A stretch of 64,000 nucleotides of DNA, taken from positions 278,605-342,604 of the forward strand of contig JAHBTE010000001.1 of assembly GCA_019638675.1 (NCBI GenBank), written 5' to 3'. This document shows positions 8,377-15,301 of this stretch, in pieces. Numbering within the stretch: position 1 is the stretch's first letter; every line of letters starts with the position of its first letter. The notes below the pieces were generated by a model. The model ran no database searches, was not told where the DNA came from, and saw only the letters and a program-made list of their open reading frames with translations. Source of the DNA: Fimbriimonadaceae bacterium. GTDB taxonomy: Bacteria > Armatimonadota > Fimbriimonadia > Fimbriimonadales > Fimbriimonadaceae. Both the position numbers and the translations under genes were made by a program.

Positions 8377-9963
8377 TTAACTCAAGAAGTCGGCGATCAC
8401 TTGAGGAACTGAGGAATCGAACCCAACAATGTTGAGCGTTCCCGCGTCCCGAGGATCGGCGATCGTGTTTCGAGTTGAAGCCATCGCGACCACGATCAGC
8501 TTCGCATCAATTCCCATCTTGGTTCGGTATTCAGCAATTGCTTCCGCAGGATGCTGAGATCCGTACCAAGTTTCCGAGTCTGTGTAAAGGATAAAGGCAT
8601 CAGCCCGAATCCTCTTGTCAATCGCGTATCGGATTGGCGCGGCGCAGTCGGTTCCTCCACCACCCGTTCGGGCGAGCAAGTTCACGACCTTATCGAGCCT
8701 TTCCTTTCGCGAAATCTTGAGCGGATACACGGAGGTATCGAATGCGAGATGAGTAACCTCACCTTCAGTCGCTTCGTGGATCAGAGCCATAGCTCCCGCT
8801 GCCTTTCGGCAGTCAAGGCCAGCGACTCCCGCCACTTGCGTTCCAACCATTGATCCAGAAACGTCGAGTCCGAGGACAAGTCGCTTTCCGATCGCAGGCG
8901 CAATCTTGAATGAGGCGTAAAACGCTTCATCCAACACATCCAGTATCGCTTGAACTGGCTTCCAGCTTCCGCTTCCTCGAACACCATGCCCGAGAGCGTA
9001 AGTGTTCAAAGCCGCGAGAATCCCGATTGGGTGAATCCGTGCTCGTTCCAATCGACCCGAATCCCGAAGGAGTTCGATAATCTTTTGAACCGAATCCGAA
9101 TTTCCACTCAGCCATCCATGCTTAAGCAAACCAACTTTCGTCATGTTCCCCAAGTTCCGGATAACCGCGGTGAGAGGCATATCCGCCAGCAACGCTTCCC
9201 AAATCGCAGATTCAGTTAGCATTTCCGTAGGAATTGCTTCTCGTGGAAGCCTACTCTTTCGAATCATGTCTGCCGCTTGGTTGACATCCTTGATTTCTCG
9301 CAATGCAAGCATTGCTCGGATCATTTGGAGGTCTCCGGTGACTTCACCATCAACCACCCACTTGAACAAAGCGTTTTGCTCTGCATCGTTAGTTTGCGGG
9401 TGCGACAATCGGAGTAAGTCTCGGTGAGACCACCCTTCTCGTGCTTGGTACTTCACCAACCCGTATTCCAATCGGTCGGTTGGTTGAGCCAAGTACCAGT
9501 TTGCAACCGCCTTCCGCATTCCTCGACCCCAACCTCGAAGCCCGCTGCAAACTTCGGCAAAGGCAAAGAGGTGAGTTCCAGTTCGGCAAACGAGAGGCAA
9601 TGCCTTCAGCGCCGCCGAGCGTGTCTTGTCGTCTCCAAGCGAGGCAGCCAATGCCAACGCGAAGATTGCAGGATCATTTTTTGGTGCGAGGCCGCTTTGG
9701 CTTGCGTCGACAATTCGCTCAACCACTCGCTCTCCATCTTCCTTAATGACCTCGATGACGTTCTTCGCGTGATCCGCCGTGAGCTTTTGGGCTCCGACGT
9801 AAAACGTTCCGTTTTCGCTACCAAGGATCAAGAATCGGTCGAGTAAGTTCCAGCGATCCACACTCCATCCAAATCCGCCGGCATGGTTTCGACGCTGCCC
9901 TGCATAAGGGAGCGGCTTCCGTTGCGACGTCTTGGTTGTGTTCATCAACTTGCTGTACTTCAT
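8377..9963 (-). CDS. rsr: Ro60-related protein Rsr (TROVE domain plus C-terminal vWA domain)
   Basis: 528 aa. N-terminal RRNHAGGFGWSVDRWNLLDRFLILGSENGTFYVGAQKLT is the TROVE signature. C-terminal vWA MIDAS motif LGLDVSGSM. AAGGAGA ribosome-binding site 13 nt upstream of the ATG. Confidence 0.9.
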   Translation of the reverse strand: MKYSKLMNTTKTSQRKPLPYAGQRRNHAGGFGWSVDRWNLLDRFLILGSENGTFYVGAQKLTADHAKNVIEVIKEDGERVVERIVDASQSGLAPKNDPAIFALALAASLGDDKTRSAALKALPLVCRTGTHLFAFAEVCSGLRGWGRGMRKAVANWYLAQPTDRLEYGLVKYQAREGWSHRDLLRLSHPQTNDAEQNALFKWVVDGEVTGDLQMIRAMLALREIKDVNQAADMIRKSRLPREAIPTEMLTESAIWEALLADMPLTAVIRNLGNMTKVGLLKHGWLSGNSDSVQKIIELLRDSGRLERARIHPIGILAALNTYALGHGVRGSGSWKPVQAILDVLDEAFYASFKIAPAIGKRLVLGLDVSGSMVGTQVAGVAGLDCRKAAGAMALIHEATEGEVTHLAFDTSVYPLKISRKERLDKVVNLLARTGGGGTDCAAPIRYAIDKRIRADAFILYTDSETWYGSQHPAEAIAEYRTKMGIDAKLIVVAMASTRNTIADPRDAGTLNIVGFDSSVPQVIADFLS

Positions 9964-10019
9964 TTGTTTTCTTTTCTCCTTGTTTTAGTTTTTTGGTTTA
10001 TGTTTTCTAGTGCAAAAAT

Positions 10020-10129
10020 CTCACAGGCAAGTGGTGCTCTGGCTGTTTTACTAACCATAAGGTTAGCCCCAGGGGTCGAACCTGGCCTGCTTTCGCATAA
10101 CCGATAAGCCACAGGCATCGGCCCGTAAG
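10020..10129 (-). ncRNA. Y-RNA-like module d (Ro-binding helix plus tRNA-like T arm and closed acceptor hairpin)
   Basis: Minus strand. 5' CTTACGGGC[C]GA (10129-10118) pairs with 3' TTGCCTGTGAG (10030-10020), leaving a bulged C. Internal CCAGG-TTCGACC-CCTGG T arm (10085-10069) is followed by hairpin GCTAACC-TTAT-GGTTAGT (10067-10050). Ends 56 nt upstream of the rsr ATG. Confidence 0.7.
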
Positions 10130-10142
10130 AACTCTCTACAAA

Positions 10143-10293
10143 CCTTCAGGCAAAAAGCGAATCTGGGCCAGATTGCCAAAACCGCGCTCTAAACGCCTCA
10201 CCTTTAATTTCAAGATGGCCGGCCTTTCCGCCGAAGTTTCCCAATACAGCAACCCGATGGTGGAGGGATAACCCAATTTCATCGGCCCGAAGG
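10143..10293 (-). ncRNA. Y-RNA-like module c (Ro-binding helix, non-tRNA-like effector domain)
   Basis: Minus strand. 5' CCTTCGGGC[C]GA (10293-10282) pairs with 3' TTGCCTGAAGG (10153-10143): 11 bp with one bulged C. Internal hairpins include AATCTG-GCC-CAGATT and CCGATG...CATCGG. Confidence 0.6.
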
Positions 10294-10309
10294 TCAAAAT
10301 TGTTGTCGT

Positions 10310-10441
10310 GTACGCGGACAAGGGTCGTCCTGGACATGATGCTCTACCACTGAGCTACTAACCGATTACTCGGTTAGGCTGGATTCGAACCAGCGACCAT
10401 CCACTTAGAAGGTGATAATCCAATGACTTCGGCCCGCGCAC
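10310..10441 (-). ncRNA. Y-RNA-like module b (YrlA-type: Ro-binding helix plus permuted tRNA mimic)
   Basis: Minus strand. 5' GTGCGCGGGC[C]GA (10441-10429) pairs with 3' TTGTCCGCGTAC (10321-10310). The interior reads T arm GCTGG-TTCGAAT-CCAGC (10394-10378), closed acceptor CTAACCG-AGTAAT-CGGTTAG (10377-10358), then D arm TA-GCTC-AGTGGTA-GAGC-A (10357-10340). Confidence 0.75.
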
Positions 10442-10457
10442 GTTAAATTGGGGAGGA

Positions 10458-10526
10458 GTACAGGCAAGTGATTGATCTGGCGCTTTTTTCGGTTTTTGAC
10501 GATAAACCAAACCATCCGGCCCGTAC
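10458..10526 (-). ncRNA. Y-RNA-like module a (short, about 69 nt, Ro-binding helix only)
   Basis: Minus strand. 5' GTACGGGC[C]GG (10526-10516) pairs with 3' TTGCCTGTAC (10467-10458), preceded by CAC as in the metazoan CACUUGAC 3' strand. Small A/U-rich interior. Confidence 0.55.
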
Positions 10527-10669
10527 AAAATTGGGTCTAAGGGAAGCGGGTCTGTCAGCCGCACTTCACAACGTCGATTATTAATGTTCTCTAGTGCCTC
10601 CGCCAAAACCCTGGGGAGGGAATCGACGCTGGTCACTCTAATGATTTAGAGTTCATTGCTTGGAGGCGG

Positions 10670-10700
10670 ACTATACCAAGCTTTCTGCGGGGTTTGTCAA
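10670..10700 (-). promoter_or_regulatory. Sigma70-type promoter reading toward the Y-RNA array and rsr
   Basis: Minus strand. Perfect -35 TTGACA (10700-10695), 19-nt spacer, extended -10 TGgTATAGT (10678-10670). Lies 54 nt downstream of the stop (10755) of the preceding same-strand (minus) gene and about 135 nt upstream of module a. Confidence 0.5.
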
Positions 10701-10754
10701 GGGTCTCAAAAAACTTTTAACAAAATGGGACCACTGCTCACCAAGTGGTTAGGT

Positions 10755-11501
10755 TCAATTGAGTTGAGAAATTACTTTTTCAATAAAGTCCCGAAGTTCT
10801 TCCAAATCCGGGCTATGAGCTCCGCCGTTTTGGCGATTGTCCAAGGCGATTTTTACGAGATCATTTTCAGGAAACTCCTGCAAATACCACTCCCCACCCT
10901 GCGACTTTGAGACCAGATCGCCCGTTTGCTTAAACCTGAGCGCGCGGCAAGCGTTGAGGGTGGAGTTTCGGCCAAATGGATCATGGTAAGGGTCACCCAG
11001 CTTTGTAAGGTGCCACGAAATGCCTTTGCGAAGCTCCTCTAAAATCCATTCTTTGGGGATGGGTGCGAAAACTCCTTCAGGGACTGGCCGGAATGAATTG
11101 AATAAATCGATTCCATATCGGCGTGCTATTTCGAAGTGGATCAGTAGTTCGCTGTCTTCACCCGGGCCATGCTCCTCAGTACGCCACGAACCCCCTACTG
11201 AAATTCCAAGCTCATAAGTAGGAATACGTTTTGGTTCCCTGAATTCTCCTGGCTTAACTAAACACAGTTCTATCCCTTTGTAGTGATTAACCCAAACGGA
11301 TAACAGCGATTTTATTCTCTTTTTCATCCACGGTTCAACCGGACACTCAATAACTCCTATCAAGTCAATATCACTCGATTTTGAATGGAAGTCGCCTTGT
11401 GCTATTGACCCGACAACATATAATCCTTCGAGCCAGTCTTCTGTTGCGTTCTTTAATACGATTTGTAGTTCTACTAATGTATCTTTCAGTTCTGAATCCA
11501 T
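10755..11501 (-). CDS. AadA/ANT(3'')(9)-like nucleotidyltransferase with DUF4111-type C-terminal domain
   Basis: The track ORF extends to 11546 (TTG start). The ATG at 11501 (MDSELK) abuts the upstream stop. NTase motif GSIAQGDFHSKSSDIDLIGV. The C-terminal NSTLNACRALRFKQTGDLVSK parallels AadA NVVLTLSRIWYSAVTGKIAPK. Confidence 0.65.
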   Translation of the reverse strand: MDSELKDTLVELQIVLKNATEDWLEGLYVVGSIAQGDFHSKSSDIDLIGVIECPVEPWMKKRIKSLLSVWVNHYKGIELCLVKPGEFREPKRIPTYELGISVGGSWRTEEHGPGEDSELLIHFEIARRYGIDLFNSFRPVPEGVFAPIPKEWILEELRKGISWHLTKLGDPYHDPFGRNSTLNACRALRFKQTGDLVSKSQGGEWYLQEFPENDLVKIALDNRQNGGAHSPDLEELRDFIEKVISQLN

Positions 11502-11502
11502 G

Positions 11503-12042
11503 TTAGTTACAGGCGGGATCCAAGCCTGGATCGGAATAACCAGCAAGAGACACTATATACGTAGTGCCCGTGCTCGGATGCTTTGGCCAATGTAAACTAT
11601 AGTCTTGGACATCGTATACGTGACTGAGATGAACGTCATCCTCAGCATCAAAAAACAGCAGTTCGGGAACAGCATAGTGTGCTGGCTCATTAAAACCACC
11701 TTCTACCCAAACTTTTATTCCATCATAATAGTCTTTTATCTCGGTTTTGCTGAGTGAACTATTCCGCATTTCACCGGCCCAGAACATACAATAGTTGCTT
11801 GATCCCCCTAACACGCCATAAGTGTCAATTACTGTTAATACTTTGTTGGTAGATGGATGGCTCAAATACTTATAGGCATCGCGATACCGTGATTGATGCA
11901 TCATGTTCCTGGCTGCATCAACTGAGCCCAATCCAACGACGCCAATGATTGGAACCATTATGACCCCGGATAGTATTGCTACAGGGATAAGGAAGGAAAT
12001 TGCCAACTCTTTGGCGATATTTACTTTAGTACGTTTAGTCAC
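11503..12042 (-). CDS. Hypothetical membrane-anchored protein
   Basis: 179 aa. Single N-terminal TM segment (LAISFLIPVAILSGVIMVPIIGVVGLG). 4-nt overlap with the upstream gene. Confidence 0.45.
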   Translation of the reverse strand: MTKRTKVNIAKELAISFLIPVAILSGVIMVPIIGVVGLGSVDAARNMMHQSRYRDAYKYLSHPSTNKVLTVIDTYGVLGGSSNYCMFWAGEMRNSSLSKTEIKDYYDGIKVWVEGGFNEPAHYAVPELLFFDAEDDVHLSHVYDVQDYSLHWPKHPSTGTTYIVSLAGYSDPGLDPACN

Positions 12043-12359
12043 CTAATTAGTGTCCCCACCTGAATTTTTAGAAGTTCAATCAACTCCTTGTCCATGAATT
12101 CATACACATCCGGTATGTCCAAAGTTTCCACTCTTGCAGATTGCATCGCTTCCGGAAACAACTCAGCGAGCCGTTCTGCATAGCGATCTTCCATTACACA
12201 AACTATATCCGCCCATTTTATATCGCTGAGCGTAACCTTGCGGGGGCTGCTTTTGCTTGTGCCACCACTTCTCACTTTGAACCCGGGATCGTTCCGAAAA
12301 ATTCGCTCAGCCGTCGGACTTCGGCGAAGATTTCTTCCACAAACAAATAAGATTTTCAA
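12039..12359 (-). CDS. Small cysteine phosphatase, LMW-PTP/ArsC-like (CX5R)
   Basis: 106 aa. N-terminal MKILFVCGRNLRRSPTAE carries the P-loop C-X5-R-S signature of low-molecular-weight phosphotyrosine phosphatase-like enzymes. Confidence 0.6.
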   Translation of the reverse strand: MKILFVCGRNLRRSPTAERIFRNDPGFKVRSGGTSKSSPRKVTLSDIKWADIVCVMEDRYAERLAELFPEAMQSARVETLDIPDVYEFMDKELIELLKIQVGTLIR

Positions 12360-12367
12360 TCGAAAGA

Positions 12368-12685
12368 TTACGCTCCGTTGACTTCAACCCCAGCCATGCC
12401 AAGCTCATCAATGAGTGCATATGCTTGCTTTCGAATTGATTCCAGAGTTTCGTCGTGGGCGCAATCGGAAAACCAGGGGACTTGGAGAATATGAGAAACC
12501 TGATCGGGATCGGGGCCGCTGATTTCAGCGTAATCGAAGTCGCAGGTGAGGATTACCGATTCCGCCCCTCTTTCGCGGAGTTCGGTAAGCATGCTGCGGA
12601 GTTCATTGGTCAATTCCTCGGCACTGGCACTTTGCGAAGCCCCTACATACAAGTTTCCGAACTGATCAGTTGCTTCCCACTGCAT
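12368..12685 (-). CDS. Hypothetical acidic protein
   Basis: 105-aa ORF, first gene of a 4-gene minus-strand cluster. No motif recognised. Confidence 0.4.
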   Translation of the reverse strand: MQWEATDQFGNLYVGASQSASAEELTNELRSMLTELRERGAESVILTCDFDYAEISGPDPDQVSHILQVPWFSDCAHDETLESIRKQAYALIDELGMAGVEVNGA

Positions 12686-12793
12686 GCTGTAAGTCTAGCA
12701 CTAGCCGCTGAACTGTGGATTGGATTAATTGCATAGCGTAGGATATTCCCGACCCGCTTCATCACTCGGGTAAAACCATGATTCGTTATCGGA

Positions 12794-13723
12794 ATGGCAC
12801 AAAGTCGCGCCCTGGTTATCACCCATCCCGCACGGTTGGGAGACTCAATTCTCTCCATTCCGCTTCACCGTGCCTTAGCGGCAAACTTTGAACTCCATAC
12901 GAACCTGGGTGAGCCGTACCGATTTTTATTCAATGGCTTTGAGAACCCGGTGAACTTTATGCCTCCCTTAGCCCCGAAATCTATTGGCGACTTAATGCGA
13001 GAGGCAAAGGAACTCCGGTCTCAAAATTTCGCGGCGGCATTCATTCTTCGACCATCCTTTCGCTCTGCATTACTTTGCAAATTAGCGAAAATCCCTCAGC
13101 GAATCGGCGAAGCGACTGAAGGCCGAGGCTGGCTACTAACTCACAAACTCCCTTACTCGCCTGACTTACCAGAATACGACCGGATGGATGCTTTAGCAAA
13201 TTTGGTTGGCCTGAATACTGATAAAACAACAACGCTTACTGCAACTTCAGATTCGCTTGAAAAGGCCCTTGAAAAGCTCAATGGAGCAACAATTGGGGTT
13301 GTTCCGGGTGGAACTTGGCCTGAAAAACTAATTCCTACTGAAACATTGCGATCAACCATCCACCATTTGGTAAACCTTGGCCACAAAGTAGCGATTCTGG
13401 GTGGCCCAGGAGACGAAGTTTACGCAAGTTCTCTATTGAAAGAAGATGCCGTTAATCTGGTTGCTCAGTTCAAACTTCCCGAAATGGCGGGGGTTCTTCA
13501 TTCACTAAAATTGCTTATCACTCCGGATGGCGGGCTAAGCCATTATTCGGTGGCATGCGGAACCCCGGCGCTCATTGCTTTCGGGCCAACACCGGCTAAG
13601 CGATGGGGCCACTTTAACGCCCCTCATAAAACTATTGTCGCTCCCGATAGTAAGATGGAAAGGTTGACCTTTGCAGAGTTTCAGCCGCATGTAGACGAAA
13701 TGCTCGCCCGAATCACAGGCTAG
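12794..13723 (+). CDS. Glycosyltransferase family 9 (heptosyltransferase-like)
   Basis: 309 aa. N-terminal ITHPARLGDSILSIPLHRAL and C-terminal LITPDGGLSHYSVACGTPALIAFGPT are typical GT9 motifs. Confidence 0.75.
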   Translation: MAQSRALVITHPARLGDSILSIPLHRALAANFELHTNLGEPYRFLFNGFENPVNFMPPLAPKSIGDLMREAKELRSQNFAAAFILRPSFRSALLCKLAKIPQRIGEATEGRGWLLTHKLPYSPDLPEYDRMDALANLVGLNTDKTTTLTATSDSLEKALEKLNGATIGVVPGGTWPEKLIPTETLRSTIHHLVNLGHKVAILGGPGDEVYASSLLKEDAVNLVAQFKLPEMAGVLHSLKLLITPDGGLSHYSVACGTPALIAFGPTPAKRWGHFNAPHKTIVAPDSKMERLTFAEFQPHVDEMLARITG

Positions 13724-15297
13724 TCTTTTCCTAGAACTCCGTTCATTTGCCGCCAAATACCGAGCGGATTGCCATTCTGCAGTTCATGAGGGAGCAATTC
13801 TTCTGGCGCATTTTGCCAGGTGATCGGCCTCACCCATCGCAAGATTGCCGCTGTGCCTACGCTTGTAAATCTGGAATCGGTTGTTGCTGGGTATGGCCCG
13901 CCATGTTGCATTGCAGAGCCAACTTCAACCCCCGTGGGATAACCGTTGAAAATAATGCGTCCTACTTTCTTGGCTAGTTTGGGAGCTAGGGTTTCAACGT
14001 AATTCGCATCCTCTCCGCTATGGAAAATCGTTCCTGTGAGTTGCCCTTCCAAAGCATCAACGACCTGAACCAATTGGTCAAGATCGTTGCATTTCACAAC
14101 AAGCGTTGCCGGGCCAAAGAGTTCGGCCTGCAACGATTGGTCGACCAAAAATTCCGCCCCGCTGGTAGAAAAAACGACCCCGGATCCAATGCAACCGCGC
14201 ATTGCCTCGGCCGATGCTTCTATTTGGATATTGCTCAATTTTGAGCGATCGGCCACCCCTTTTCCATAGCTTTCAGCGATCCCTTGATTAAGCATGACGC
14301 CGGGCGAAGAACCCTTGACTTTCTGGGCAACACTTTTCACCAGTTGGTCGAAATCATCACCCATCACGCCAATCAGCAATCCTGGGTTTGTGCAGAATTG
14401 ACCTACGCCCATAAGCAAAGAGTTTGCAAACCCGGTTGCGATCTCTTCACAGTCGTTAGCCATTGCTCCCGGTAGAACAAAAACCGGATTCACGCTTCCC
14501 ATTTCAGCAAAAACGGGGATCGGCTTGAGGCGTTTTGAAGCTAGATCAGACAGCGCTCTACCCGCCGCCAACGAACCGGTGAACCCAATTGCCTCTATTC
14601 CGTCAGATTTGGCAAGCCAAGTACCAACTTCTTTCCCGCCTTGCACCAAAGAAAAAACGCCATCGGGCATTCCTTCTCCAACGGCTGCTTTAACAATTGC
14701 TCTGCCCACTAATTCGCTTGTTCCGGGATGGCTTGGATGAGCTTTTGCGATCACCGGGCATCCGGCAGCAAACGCGCTGGCTGTATCGCCCCCTGCAACA
14801 CTAAACGCTAACGGAAAGTTACTAGCACCAAACACAGCAATCGGGCCAAGTGGGAAAAGCATTCGTCGCAAATCTGGGCGTGGAACAGGTTGTCGATCAG
14901 GCAATTCCAATTCGATCCTGGCATCAACCCAACTCCCTTCCTCAGCAACATCGGCAAACATCCTTAACTGCCCGCAGGTACGCGCCCGTTCGCCTGTAAT
15001 GCGAGCGGCTGGCAAACCTGTTTCTTGAACTGCCCGTTCAATTAGCTCGTCGCCAAGAGCTTCTAGTTCTTCGGCGATTCTCCTTAAAAACGTGGCCCGT
15101 GATTTGCCGGATTTCAACTGGAATTTTCGGGCAATAGAAACAGCCTTATCAACCGCCTGGTTAGTTTCTTCCTCGGTCGCCGACATGAACTCAGGGTGAA
15201 TTTCTTTACCTGTTTCTGGGTTGACCGCCCAAAAAGCCGAATCCCCTTTTCTTGATGGTTTAGAACCAATTAACTGCGAACCTAACAGCGGTGGCAT
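13720..15297 (-). CDS. NADP-dependent aldehyde dehydrogenase, alpha-ketoglutarate-semialdehyde dehydrogenase type
   Basis: 525 aa. ALDH fold (FTGS, EMGSVNP, QFCTNPG catalytic Cys region). The size and the context with hydroxyproline genes match KGSADH. Confidence 0.8.
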   Translation of the reverse strand: MPPLLGSQLIGSKPSRKGDSAFWAVNPETGKEIHPEFMSATEEETNQAVDKAVSIARKFQLKSGKSRATFLRRIAEELEALGDELIERAVQETGLPAARITGERARTCGQLRMFADVAEEGSWVDARIELELPDRQPVPRPDLRRMLFPLGPIAVFGASNFPLAFSVAGGDTASAFAAGCPVIAKAHPSHPGTSELVGRAIVKAAVGEGMPDGVFSLVQGGKEVGTWLAKSDGIEAIGFTGSLAAGRALSDLASKRLKPIPVFAEMGSVNPVFVLPGAMANDCEEIATGFANSLLMGVGQFCTNPGLLIGVMGDDFDQLVKSVAQKVKGSSPGVMLNQGIAESYGKGVADRSKLSNIQIEASAEAMRGCIGSGVVFSTSGAEFLVDQSLQAELFGPATLVVKCNDLDQLVQVVDALEGQLTGTIFHSGEDANYVETLAPKLAKKVGRIIFNGYPTGVEVGSAMQHGGPYPATTDSRFTSVGTAAILRWVRPITWQNAPEELLPHELQNGNPLGIWRQMNGVLGKD

Positions 15298-15301
15298 CCG
15301 A

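Noticed and set aside
10340-10394. A conventional tRNA gene, or tRNA pseudogene, on the minus strand
   Set aside because: The T arm precedes the D arm on the transcribed strand, and the acceptor stem is closed by a loop. No normal cloverleaf or free acceptor end is possible. It is interpreted as a permuted tRNA mimic inside a Y RNA.
10284-10435. Alternative closing helix for module b: GGGCCGAAGTCA (10435-10424) pairing with TGACCTTCGGGCC (10296-10284)
   Set aside because: It needs a G:G mismatch plus a different bulge, and it would consume the 5' strand of module c. The nearer partner TTGTCCGCGTAC (10321-10310) reproduces the same bulged-C geometry as the other three modules.
10136-10636. 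Track ORFs 10136..10321, 10146..10337 and 10358..10636 (61-92 aa, minus strand) as protein-coding genes
   Set aside because: They lie entirely over the Y-RNA-like modules. Their 'proteins' are translations of tRNA-like arms and GC-rich helices, and they overlap each other in different frames. RNA structure explains the region better.
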